A DNA stretch of 64,000 bases from Eledone cirrhosa (taxonomy: Eukaryota). The position numbers and the translations under genes were made by a program. The DNA lies in NCBI GenBank assembly GCA_964016885.1, contig OZ024742.1, positions 136,834,001 to 136,898,000 of the forward strand, written 5' to 3'. Positions 14,527 to 26,689 of the stretch are shown in pieces; position 1 is the stretch's first letter; each line of letters begins with the position of its first letter. A model generated the notes under the pieces. The model had not been told where the DNA came from. It ran no database searches and saw only the letters and a program-made list of their open reading frames with translations.

Positions 14527-14743
14527 GAAGGCGAATGGCTGAGCGGTTAGAGAATTGGATTCGCAATCGTAAGGTTGTGAGTTCGATTCCTGGACCAGGT
14601 GATGCGTTATGTCCTTGAGCAAGACACTTTATTTCACGTTGCTCCTTCTACCTGGAGTTGCGACCGATAGATAGTATTAGCAATTGGAAAGACCAACGGA
14701 AACATTGTTCCCTCGGTCCGATTTGACGAAAGTCGATCGTTCC
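14527..14743 (+). mobile_element. SINE family B, full length, inside (TA)n
   Basis: A box TGGCTGAGCGG, B box GTTCGATTCC, gtccttgagcaagacactt CORE-like domain, ends tcgttcc(TA)n. Confidence 0.9.
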
Positions 14744-14763
14744 TATATATATATATATATATA

Positions 14764-15157
14764 GTTATACTTGCGGAAGGTCATATTGTTGTTATAATAT
14801 TGCCAGAAATAATAACAGAACACACTCACTGTTTGGTTGGTTTTCGCTTCTGTATTTTTTATATCTCCACAGTTAATTCATTTGGTCCACAATGTTTATC
14901 AATGTTTATCAACGGTAAAAAATACAGATATAAATACATATATATAGTCTTACACAGTTCTTTCGTTGCACATCTGCAACATCATCAGTGGTACTATTAT
15001 ATTCCTCCTGTTGTATTGTATATTTACGCAATCTTTATTTAATCTCTGTTATTAATTCTGGCAATATTATTACAACAATATGACCCTCCCTAAGTATAAC
15101 AAAATATGTTGCGACACGATTTCATATCAAAAACCTCGCAAAACAAATTCATCGCCG

Positions 15158-15160
<3 letters not shown>
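14764..15160 (+). mobile_element. PLE hairpin derivative sharing its 3' end with the 49.7-51.0 kb element; decayed hammerhead on - at 14952-14993
   Basis: Inverted arms; tail gaccctccctaagtataacaa..cacgatttca.at.aa.a..ct.gc.aaacaaattca matches the 49700-49780 reverse complement; CTGATGA-t-gttgca gatg tgcaac-GAAA-gaac. Confidence 0.85.
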
Positions 15161-15197
<37 letters not shown>

Positions 15198-15238
15198 CAG
15201 ATCACTAATCCTATTACCTATATATATATATATATATA

Positions 15239-15444
15239 GAACGAAGGAGGTGTGGTAAGGAACCAGAAGGACCATAACGCGCCAGAGTACTCAATACTTA
15301 GGGTAGTAGAGTGGGTAATAGGAAAATGTTTGTCACCGACGGCAGAGCTCAGGCCGTTTCGACGGCTATTTCTGGACTTCAGAATAGCCGGGATCCAGAA
15401 ATAGCCGTTGAAACGGCTTGAGCTCTGCCGTCGGGGTCAAACAT

Positions 15445-15448
<4 letters not shown>
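15239..15448 (-). mobile_element. Hairpin element family H1, copy 3
   Basis: Same architecture as the other H1 copies; (TA)n flanks. Confidence 0.9.
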
Positions 15449-15485
<37 letters not shown>

Positions 15486-15487
<2 letters not shown>

Positions 15488-15700
15488 AATGATCGACTTT
15501 CGTCAAATCGGACTGAGGGAACAATATTTCCGTTGGTCTTTCCAATTGCTAATATAATCTATCGGTCGCAACTCCAGGTAGAAGGAGCAACGTGAAATAA
15601 AGTGTCTTGCTCAAGGACATAACGCATCACCTGGTCCAGGAATCGAACTCACAACCTTACGATTGCGAATCCAATTACCTAACCCCTCAGCCACACGCCT

Positions 15701-15702
<2 letters not shown>
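15486..15702 (-). mobile_element. SINE family B, full length, inside (TA)n
   Basis: Reverse complement of 14527-14743 at high identity. Confidence 0.9.
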
Positions 15703-15777
<75 letters not shown>

Positions 15778-15810
15778 GGTGGAAGAGACAGACAGATAGA
15801 TAGATAGATA

Positions 15811-15930
15811 GATTTCTTTATTAGCCACAAGGGCGCAACAAGAAAGGGGACAATACAAAGACATGCCGGGGATTTTACATACAGTCGTGTAAAAAATATA
15901 AAAACAAACAATTTCAACAATCGAAATCCC
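15811..15930 (-). mobile_element. LINE 3' UTR terminus (probably L1/Tx1 type) in (GATA)n
   Basis: Minus strand ends ttgtcccct..cttgtggctaataaagaaatc, as does 57119-57160. Confidence 0.55.
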
Positions 15931-16842
15931 CAATAGACAGATAGATAGATAAATAGATAGATATGCTTGTGTCCCACTTAAGCAAGCTTTTCTACTTCTC
16001 TTTCATTGACACAAGATACTGTGAGCTACTCTGAAAGCCAGAAGGTCCTGATTGTATTTCGCCTATTATCTCTAGGTGTGTCGCAAAATAAGGTCAAATC
16101 TGATCAACTTGAATGAATATTTGTCTGTGAAATATATTTAAGATCTGCCAATTCTGCTTCCAATTAGACACGTTACTGGTGACATGTGATATGATATTTT
16201 GTTGTTTATTTCATGGTATGATACATTTTGTTTTTAAACAGTGTGTCCCCAAATGTGAAAAGTTTGGAATACTGTGATGTAACCTTTAGTTTGAAACCAC
16301 GCTAAAGCTAACAAACAAAAAAGCATCAACAAACACAACAGTACACATACAGACACGAAACAAAGAACAACAACCACAAGGAAGTTAAAAAAAAGCATGT
16401 AGTAATAATGTCGTAGTTAAGCTGATTATTCTAAAATCGTTTCTGTTATATGAGTATCTTGATGCCTTTTATAATTCTTTTTCTCGAAAGAATTTTATAG
16501 ATTGTTGACAGTGAACTGTTTGACTTGTTAAATATTGTAATCTGTTTTCTCTAATCTTCAATGATATAGAACAAGAACGATGTATTTTAGGACTAGCAGA
16601 ACGAATGTTACATTGTTGCCAGGAATAAAAGCCCTACTACGGTCTTATATTGACAAATATCGTCTGCTCCACTGAGTTCATAGTGCATATTAGGTGGCTG
16701 TAAATAAAAATCTAAGCTATTGTTTGATGCAATAATGTTGGGTTCTTAGAATATATAAATCTATACATACGTACACACACATATCCACAGACAAACACAC
16801 ACATATACAGTATATATACATATATATATGTATGTATGCATG

Positions 16843-17026
<184 letters not shown>

Positions 17027-17449
17027 GAGAGAGAGGGAGAAATAAATAAGATGTTATTAAATACGTCTAATGAGACACTTATACAACTTATTACTCCGTA
17101 CGTAAGAAAATTAGATGTAGATATTATTAGATAGCTATGCACAACATTCAACCTTAAACTATTTATAATAATTATTTCTAACATTGGCCCTCGTTCAACA
17201 ATTTATAGGACGTTTACAATTTAATCGGGACTGTATTTCATCAACCTTAAAATGTCACAGTTTAGTGCAGTGGGATTTGAACTCAGTATATAGAAATTCG
17301 TAACTAAACACCGCAATGCATTTGTCTAAAATATTTAAAATATTAATAATTATTTATTCATTGGTTGAAAATATTCTAAATATTAATAATTCTTCATTCA
17401 TTGGCTAGTTGAGCCGCAAAACAAGGGACACTACTAATGGACCAAAGCA

Positions 17450-17895
17450 GTGTGGATTCACATCTCTGAACGACATTATCAGATGGAGCCTAGACGCAGC
17501 CGGTTTCCCGCCACAATTGGAGTCAGCTGGCCTCAACCATGGCGATGACATGAACCCAGACGGATTAATCCTTTTCCGTTTCGAGGGGAGCAAATACCTA
17601 ATTTAGGATGCAACGTGCAGCGACTCGTTCTCCACCTCCAGCCTTGTAGCTTCGGCCATAAACATGGGATCCACTGTCCGCAAAGTTGAGGAGCGGAGGA
17701 AAGTTAAATACCGGGGTCTGACCGACAGCTACCTTCTTACACTAGTCTTTGTCAGAACATCTGGCGTCCTTGGCCTCCGCACTGCTTTCCTCCGTAATAT
17801 CGGAAAGATATTAGCGAGCTTGAGGAGGAAACACCTTGAGGTGGGGTGGTTGTTGCGGCGGGTATCTCAAGCCATTCTCCACAGTAATGCCATGG
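17450..17895 (+). mobile_element. CRE-like non-LTR retrotransposon remnant, restriction-like endonuclease domain
   Basis: LNDIIRWSLDAAGFPPQLESAGL..PDGL..LI*DATCSDS..EERRKVKY..TSGVLG..RVSQAILHSNA matches the PD-(D/E)xK C-terminus of CRE-type elements. Confidence 0.8.
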
Positions 17896-20479
17896 GGCAC
17901 GGCTTAGGCACCAATCAGACTGGGGTGTGGTGGCTCTGCTATAACTGGCACAGCGTTCGTCTAAAACTATCACCTAACTATCAACTACTCCTCGAGATTG
18001 CGAAATACTACATCCCGAGATTGTCACTTAGAAGCTCATATTGTCCGATGTGTTTATTGCGATTACAAACTTTAGAGGACACTAGATCTTTTGCGAAAGT
18101 ACCTACAAACCAATAACTATCGATCAAACCACTGGATGGATGTAAATGTCCGATATGTCCACTCAGTATTGGTTATATACTTACAAACAAAAGTTTCCAG
18201 TATAATAGAAATGGATTATGGGACTAAAATTCGCGATATGCAAATATGAATGTAATTTCTATTTTCATCTATTGCATGCATCTATTGAAAAATTATCGTA
18301 GGTAAATTTGCATTTCACTTACCAGCAGAGTATCTATAAATTAGCATAGAGTTATAAAATATTCGAAATTTGTATTCCACTTTGACAATTGTACCAGTTA
18401 TTTCTCACCAAAGATACCCTATCACTGCAGTTCAAGACAATATAGTAGATCTCTACATGTTTGCTCAGCTAAATTTCTTTCACATCAAAATTTATGCCCA
18501 TAGAGTTCCAATATATCCTCACTTTAAAGACGTAATGGATATAATTAGAATAAACTTTGAACACGTGTCTGATTAATCAAGATTAAACCAGGTCTAAAAA
18601 AAATACAACTGCTGATTAAACAGTTTTTTCTCCTCCTTGCAGATATATATAGATCACTATAATGAAGATTGTCAGACATTTGAACCAACTATTATATATT
18701 AATAAATATCACCATAGTGGGGTGGAGTCAATAACCTATAACCATTATTTCATATAAATGTAGCAGGTTCTGAACTTCCGAGAAAATAGATTATAAACGT
18801 ACTATTTTCATAATCAGTGTATTAGTTGAGGGCGGTGCTTGCGAAATTTGAGAAAAATCTTTTCGAATTGCTTTAAACACCCTGTGGACGTACGTTCTCA
18901 TTATATCTTCAATGTTCAGACAGCTTCTCTTAATCTATATGTCACTTGATACAAAAATATACAATAGGGAATAATAGCAATAAAATGTCAATCCTTATTT
19001 GCAAAGCTTTTGATCCTTTTTAAAAAGGTTCGCGCAAAGTGTATATCAGTTTCCATATGGAGAGAGAAAATTGGTTGATTATATACCACGTATGAAATGC
19101 AGCTGGCCATGTCTATAGGGAGGCAGGCTACTAAAGGGAATGTTAGCGGTGTGTATCATATAACTATAATAGGCTATTATTTCTCTGGTCAAATGATTTA
19201 ATACGAAAAATCTAATGACTCACACTTCCCCATTATAAAATAGGGAATAAGGTTCACCAATGCCAGGAGTGAGAGCCTCAACTAAATTCACGAATGTTTC
19301 TGTAATTTGAATCTTTGCATTAGTGTAAAGGTTTGTGGTAAGTGTGACGGACTTACGATCATAACATCATCAGTTCGATTGCTGGACTACATTGTGTTCT
19401 GCATTCTTGAGCAAAACACTTCATTTCACGTTTCCCCAGTATATTTCACTCAAAATGAGTACCAGCAATAGCTATGAGTTTAAACCTGTGATGGACTGGC
19501 ATCATGTCCAGTGATGGAGGAGTCTTCAATTCTCAGTCGCTTAATGCCACAAAAAACCCTGGATAAGCACCGGACTAATCAGCCTCCTGAGTCGACAGAG
19601 ACTTTAGATTCATCTAGATATGGGGCTTGGGTAACGAGATAAGATTAATCGGGCCCTTTGTTCTAGATACATTACAAGGAAACTTAAATATTTAGTAATG
19701 ATCAGATAGAATTGCAGACAAAAATGGTAATGCCCATAGTCCAGGCTTCAGTGGCTGGTATTGATCAGCTGTAGCACTAACATTACGGCATTCATCAGAG
19801 AAATGTATGTGAAGTCGTATATGATATGTTATTTATATTAAATCTACATAAATCCCACTATACATGGTTTATGCTGTGAGCATATGACAGCTACCTTAGA
19901 GCCATGTTAATTCTATTGCTAATTATTCGCAAACATTCAAGCCTGCACTATATGCATGTATGGCCCCACAACTCCCGCGGTAGTCGTAGGGGTGGTGTAT
20001 TCGCATCGGACATTTCTAGGGTATTATTAAACAGGGGAGAATCTAAGTCTCCGCACTATACACAAATGAGCGTATGTGTTTTATGCAAATTGTGTATATC
20101 TTATCTATATAATACTAAAAGTCTGTGATTACTTGCTTGTTTGCTTGTATGTAAGGTAATACAGCGAAAAGGGCGCATAATGGGTTAATATTTTAAAAGG
20201 AAGTTGACCCTGAAATGGTAATACAAATGGAATTCAACAAGTTTCGCATAAATTGGACCACGAGATATGGAGTTTTTTCGGGTACCTTCATAAACAAAGA
20301 AAGAGAAAGATAGAGAGGAAGAGATAGTAGTTGTGACAGAGTAGATTGAAAGAGAGACATAGAGAGAGGGAGAGGAGACAGAGAAGGCGAATGGAAGAGA
20401 GCTGATGGTGTTGTTGTGTATATATATATATGTGAGTGTGTGTGTGTGTATCCAATACCAGTGTATATAGATCACAGAC

Positions 20480-20513
<34 letters not shown>

Positions 20514-20893
20514 GTATACAAACACACACCTTTGTATATATATATATATACATACACACACGTATTTATATGGGCCTTCCAGTTTCATTTCATATTATAT
20601 ACATGACTGTGTATATTTTAATTATTTATAAATTATTTTTAAGTGAATATGATTTTTTAAAAGTATTTCGAAGTAAACGTGACCCGGAGGGCCATGGGTG
20701 GCCTAGTATCTTATACTTGTCTCAGTACTGAAGGAGTAAGCGTGACTGGTGATGCTTACAAATATTTACATTTTGCATATTTCACATGCAATATTTGTTG
20801 TCTATATATTTCTAGTCCTAATATTGTATGCATTTACCTCTGTGTTTCTCGACAGGCACCTGTAAATTGCGTTGTGCTTTCTTTCTTTTGTTA

Positions 20894-21050
20894 TCATCTG
20901 AGGGGCATCGTACAAAAGAGCGGTTCTTCAAATTGTTGTTGAAGCTGTGCAATGGCATATTAACGTGCACAATTGTACTGCAGAAATGTGTCTAATGAAA
21001 TAGAGATGCAGTAGTTCATAAATATATTTCTGTGTGTATTTTCCGGTATT
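20894..21050 (+). mobile_element. PLE-type terminal fragment with decayed hammerhead-like fold; inverted partner at 24826-24969
   Basis: 20913-21050 is the reverse complement of 24826-24969; tcat-CTGAGGG..GAAA-tgtgtc-TA-atga. Confidence 0.65.
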
Positions 21051-21199
21051 TATATATATATATATATATATATGTAGGAGGTGAGTTTTATTGTAGTACA
21101 ATAAAGCAATGCAGATATCGGATAAGAAGCACTCTACAGTTTGTAGGACTGGAGTATACATAATATATAAGATCAAAAGATGGTTAAAAGAGTTCCATG

Positions 21200-21270
21200 T
21201 ATTTTATTATGCGCATTTCAAAAACAAATATCATCATGCACTAATATTTGTGTTTTCATCAGATAAAATA
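21200..21270 (-). ncRNA. Type I hammerhead ribozyme, canonical core
   Basis: tattttat-CTGATGA-aaacacaaatat..atatttgttttt-GAAA-tgcgca-TA-ataaaata; 8-bp stem I, palindromic stem III ATGCGCAT. Confidence 0.88.
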
Positions 21271-22169
21271 GGAAGACATGATATGAAGGTTAAAAAACAC
21301 TTGTGAATAGTGCAGTTTTAAATCAACATATGAAAAGTAGTTTTAGATTGATGTGTGATATTGGGAAAAAACATTTCTTTTGAGGGAGGGGGGGGGATGA
21401 AAAAGAGGAGGAGATGAGAGTAAAAAGTGGAGGGGGAGGAGTATAATGAGGAAGGATGAGATAGGAGGAGAGATGGGTGATAGAGAGAGAGAGATAGCTT
21501 TTATAACTGAGAAAAATATATTGTTTTACATAGAGAGGTTGAAAATCCGTTGGAAGATAATGTATAAATTAAAAGAATTTGAAAGTTAACGAAGAGAAAA
21601 TAATGTAAAGTTAAGGTTTGTATATTGAAGGGTTTAATAATATGTGCGATGAAAAGAAAATGTTAATATGTATTAAGAATAATATTTAAGGGTTTAATAA
21701 TATGTGCGATGGAAAGAAAATGTTGTTATGTATTATTAAAAAAAACAAAAGTAATGTAAGTAAGGATATATTGTGAGATGAGCATGAATAAGTTAGATGA
21801 AAGGGAGAAAAAAATAATGAATTGAGGATGAATAATCTAACGTCAAAAAAATGTGTTCATGTTTACGAAGGATTTTTTCAAGGTGATATAAGGTAAGAAT
21901 ATATTGTATTGTGTAATAATTGTTTCTATGTTAGGCACAGTGAGAAAAGGTACAGATTAGGGGTTAGAAATTAAAAGAAAAAGAAAAGAAAAGGAAAAGG
22001 AAGAAAGGGAAGTGATAAATAGGAGTGATATAGAATGAGTAACAAGTATTATATAATGTATAATAAATAACTTTGAAATAAGGTAGAAAGATGGGTATAT
22101 TTTTAAAGAAGTATATATATATATATGTGCCTTTGAGAAAAGAATTCTAAATTGATAAAGTATTGGATA

Positions 22170-24153
22170 TTAGCTGTATACTTTATGGAATGTTCTGTGG
22201 AATTTATGCAAGCAGAGAGAAAACAAGTCAGTGCGTCTATTTATTATAGAATCTAAATTAGATATAATGGTAAATTTTTCATTTAGACAGAGATTGCAAG
22301 TCTTGGATAGAGAACTGTTCAAGTATAAAGAAGCAGAAGAAACCTTTTTCCAAGAGATGTTATATTTAATATTTTTGTCTTTCAAGGACCATATGAGTTC
22401 TGAGAGAGCCGTGTTGGTTCTTTTAAGTTGGTATTTAAAAGACGAATGATGATTATAAAGACGAGCTTTAAAGGAGGTGGAAGTGGAGCCAAAATAGGTG
22501 AAGGAATTGGCGTCAGTTATAACTTTACATTCGTAGATTAAGTTTTTATCAATGGTTGTTGAGAGGACATTTATTTTTAACAGGGCAATTGCAATTGCGA
22601 TTAGAGAGATTATTAACGAGTGACCTAGTGTTATCTATAGAAGGAATTGGATTGGAGAAGTTATTTGCGATAGGAATAATAGTTTCTTGATTTAGAATGG
22701 GATTAAGAACATTTAGCGAAGTTGTGTTTGACGTTGTATTTGGGTTTGCAGAAATTAGCCTAGAGTTTACAATAACGTCGGGAGTACTATTACTATTATT
22801 ATGATATTCAGTGTTGGAAGGAAGAGATTTAGTATTTAGTATTTTATTTTTGTGTTTAGAGATAATGTTGGAAATGTTGGAGGATGTCGAATAGGAACAT
22901 TTTATAGTGTGTTTGTTAAATATTTTACTATAGATATGTGAGGGAGGGAAGCATTTATTTAAGGCACTAAAGAATAATTTAGGAATATTATTATTAATAG
23001 AGATGGAGAAAGGAGCATTATACCAGATTATGTTTTTGTATCTAGGTCTTTTATTAAAGTTATTGGAATGATCATGTTTAATTATTCTACTGTAAAATCT
23101 TCTAGAATTTGTTTCTTTACTATATTTGATTTTATCAGGATAGCCGGCTTTAGAAAGCGCGTTATTATAGTAATTGGCGTTAGCATCAAAGATATTTTTA
23201 TTAGAAGATAGGTTAGATATTCTTTTTCCAATATTACTAACTATAGCATTCTTAATATTAGTGGGGTGGTTAGATCTAAAACTAACATAATTTAGGTTCT
23301 CATTGTTTTTATGGTAAGGGTAATATAGGCCAGTGTCAAGATTAAGAGATACATCCAAGAAATTAGCTAGTTTGATGCTGTTATCAAATTCAATTTTTAA
23401 GTTATGTTGGTTAAAGAGATTACGTATATTGTTCTTAATAATATTAAGGTTAACTATGTTGCCATTTAAGATAGTAAAGAGTCCATCGTCACGATAAATT
23501 CCACCGCGAAGTTGAGGAATTTTCCGACTCAAAGAGTTCAAAATAAAGATACCAATTAAATCTGTCAATTGGGATGAATCGGATGCTCCCATTGTGATGT
23601 CGAAGATGTTAGAGGTATCAGCTCTGGTCCAATATTCATTGTTGAATTCTAGGATGGTTTTACGTGCGGTGAGAATGATATGAAGTTCATCTGTGCTGAT
23701 GTCAGAATATTTAAATGCGAAAGATAGAGCATTGTTGAGAAGTGAAGGCGAAATAGAAGAATAGTAGCTGGCAATATCAAATTGAACAAATTTTAGTTTG
23801 TTTTTATTATTCAATTTGTTGAACCAGTCAATCACTTCAGAAGTACCAAACCATAAATTTAAGTTCAAAGAAGAGCAATTAGAACGAACCTGTGGGATAA
23901 TTCTATCCAAGATGGCTTTACTAACAACCCCCAGATCTGATTTAGAGGGGGCGATTAATCTAACAGGTAGTTCAGTACGAACATTGTTTTTGTGATCCTT
24001 GAGATTTATCCTCGGAGTTCTTGGGAGGAATGGTTCGGTCTTTTTTCCGATGCCAAGTTTTGACATAATCTCAGAGGCTTCAAAGTTTATGGATTCTAAA
24101 TTATCATGGTTGGTTTTACGATATTTTTTCCTAACATTTTCTTTCCATCGCAC
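22170..24153 (-). pseudogene. PLE polyprotein: reverse transcriptase + Cys linker + GIY-YIG endonuclease; frameshift near 22550, N-terminus missing
   Basis: FDIASYYSSI, FDITMGASD, GIYRDDGL, NFLDVSL, SNHP, CNC..CPL; then KNLIYECKV..YFGSTSTSFKARLYNH..CNLCLNEK. Confidence 0.93.
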
Positions 24154-24469
24154 ATATTATTAAACCCTTAAATATTATTCTTAATACATATTAACATTTT
24201 CTTTCCATCGCACATATTATTAAACCATTAAATATTATTCTTAATACATATTAACATTTTCATTCCATCGCACATATTATTAAACCATTAAATATTATTC
24301 TTAATACATATTAACATTTTCTTTCCATCGCACATATTATTAAACCATTAAATATTATTCTTAATACATATTAACATTTTCTTTCCATCGCACATATTAT
24401 TAAACCATTAAATATTATTCTTAATACATATTAACATTTTCTTTTCATCGCACATATTATTAAACCCTT
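24132..24469 (+). repeat. 60-bp tandem repeat, about 5.6 copies
   Basis: Unit taacattttctttccatcgcacatattattaaacc(a/c)ttaaatattattcttaatacatat recurs every 60 nt. Confidence 0.95.
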
Positions 24470-24585
24470 CAATATACAAACCTTAACTTTACATTATTTT
24501 CTCTTCGTTAATTTTCAAATTCTTTTAATTTATACATTATCTTCCAACGGTTTTTCAACCTCTCTATGTAAAACAATATATTTTA

Positions 24586-24650
24586 TTTATCTGATGAAAA
24601 CACAAATATTATTGCATGATGATATTTGTTTTTGAAATGCGCATAATAAA
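24586..24650 (+). ncRNA. Type I hammerhead ribozyme in the inverted pLTR
   Basis: tttat-CTGATGA..GAAA-tgcgca-TA-ataaa; copy of 21200-21270. Confidence 0.85.
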
Positions 24651-24683
24651 ATACATGGAACTCTTTTAACCATCTTTTGATCT

Positions 24684-24767
<84 letters not shown>

Positions 24768-24775
24768 CGCTATTA

Positions 24776-24810
<35 letters not shown>

Positions 24811-24968
24811 TATATATGTATATATATTAATAGCGGAAAATACTCACAGAAATATATTTATGAACTACTGCATCTCTATTTCATTAGACACATTTCTGCA
24901 GTACAATTGTGCACGTTAATATGCCATTGCACAACAGCTTCAACAACAATTTGAAGAACCGCTCTTTT

Positions 24969-25017
<49 letters not shown>

Positions 25018-25107
25018 GTATGCGTTTGCTTGTATGTACGTATGTATGTATCATCATCATCATCATCATCACCGTTTTACGTCCGTTCTTCCACGCTACC
25101 ATGTATG

Positions 25108-25139
<32 letters not shown>

Positions 25140-25159
25140 TATATATATATATGTATATG

Positions 25160-25198
<39 letters not shown>

Positions 25199-25444
25199 TT
25201 GCTTCCCGTATTGCTATATGTATTAATTTTGGCTGACATTCCTCAAGTCTTTCATTTCAGAAATAAAGAATGCAATACACCATACGTAGTTCTCTTCCCT
25301 TTTGGAGCAGCTTTTGTTGTTGTCATATTTATACTTTTGCCATTGTTGATTTCACCCTTTTCACTTTTCTCTATTTACTTCAAGATCAATCACGTATATA
25401 TATTCACAATGTTACAATACGCCCTTTTTGTTCTCTTTGATTGC

Positions 25445-25499
<55 letters not shown>

Positions 25500-25898
25500 A
25501 GTGTATGTGTATGTCTGTGCAGTAGTCTACCATTGTCAGTCTGTATTAGATTGTGCGTCATATAATATAATTGTGTGTATTCAGTAATTTCAGTTTGATT
25601 TAGGAGCGGTTACCGATCTAACAAATATAATAATACATAAAAATATTTAAGTAAAAATAATTTAAAAATTTGTAAATCTAATAAAAGAAAGAAATAACTA
25701 GCTACAGGAAACGTCCAAGAATAAAGGAATATTTTCTAACATTCATTTAAAACCCAAATCGCATCTGTAGCTTTTATAAAGGAAACATGAATTGATGGAG
25801 CACTCCTCTTCTATATTTTACAAAATACTATACAGAGTATGGTGAGCATACATACAAAAACACACACACACACATGCACACACACATGCACACACACA

Positions 25899-25932
<34 letters not shown>

Positions 25933-25936
<4 letters not shown>

Positions 25937-26251
25937 CGAGTATAACCCCGACGGCTGAGCTCAAGCCGTTTCGACGGCTAATTCTGGACTAAATGAACAT
26001 TTTTATCCTGGTAAATGAATAGCTGAGCTTCTCAGGGGGTAATGTTCCATATATGGTATATTACCCCCTGATAAGCTCGGCTATTCATTTACCAGGATAA
26101 ACATTTTCATTTAGTCCAGAATTAGCCGTCGAAACGGCTTGTGCTTAGCCGTCGGTGTCCTACTCTTTCCTATTACCTACTCTACTACCCTAAGTATTGA
26201 GTACTTTGGTGCGTTATGGTACATCTGGTTCCTTACCACATTTCCTTCGTT
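25933..26251 (+). mobile_element. Hairpin element family H1, longest copy (4); both arms retain a whole hammerhead fold
   Basis: Arms about 25936-26043 and 26060-26166, tail to 26251, (TA)n flanks. Confidence 0.9.
25945..26040 (-). ncRNA. Type I hammerhead-like RNA with non-canonical core and long stem II (plus-strand twin 26063-26158)
   Basis: acccc-CTGAGAA-gctcagcta..tagccgtc-GAAA-cggct tgagctc agccg-TC-ggggt; the twin has CTGATAA. Confidence 0.7.
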
Positions 26252-26689
26252 ATATATATATATATATACATATATGATGTGGACTAAAATGTGCATGTGC
26301 TTTTGTACAAAATGGAGCAAATAGTACAGCAAGAACAAAAATATATTTATATGAGACAAGACGGAGAACAATTTTCGCCTCTTCAGTCATATACCACAGG
26401 TTACATAAAATTCCGGTTTCGATGTGAAGAAAGGTACCGGATATATACTTGCATTGCTTGCTTACAAGTCTGAGGGTAATAGCGAATAAAGAACACCAAA
26501 AACTGCAGTATGGTAGGATGGATTAAAAGCAATCATCCTACACGTGGGTTTACAAGGGATGCATTTAGAATTCTTCGAAAAATATAATGCAGCCTCCAAA
26601 TGTCGTAAAATCTGGTGATGCAGCTGCATCTCCTGCTGAGAGGCATGGGATGAACACACAAAGGTTGCGTATCACAAAACGACCACATT

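Larger units (their letters stand above)
21074..24684 (-). mobile_element. Penelope-like retroelement, 5'-truncated, with tailed 3' pLTR and upstream inverted tail-less pLTR
   Basis: RT+GIY-YIG ORF; 21163-21270 and 21515-21735 recur inverted at 24132-24684; (TA)n on both ends. Confidence 0.93.

Noticed and set aside
14527-14600. Possible tRNA genes at SINE heads (A and B boxes)
   Set aside because: No complete cloverleaf; each continues into a SINE body and is multi-copy.
21271-21515. Segment absent from the inverted pLTR as a spliced PLE intron
   Set aside because: No GT..AG ends on either strand; the breakpoints lie in TATTTT microhomology.
24132-24469. CRISPR-like array
   Set aside because: Contiguous tandem units without unique spacers; eukaryotic context with no cas genes.
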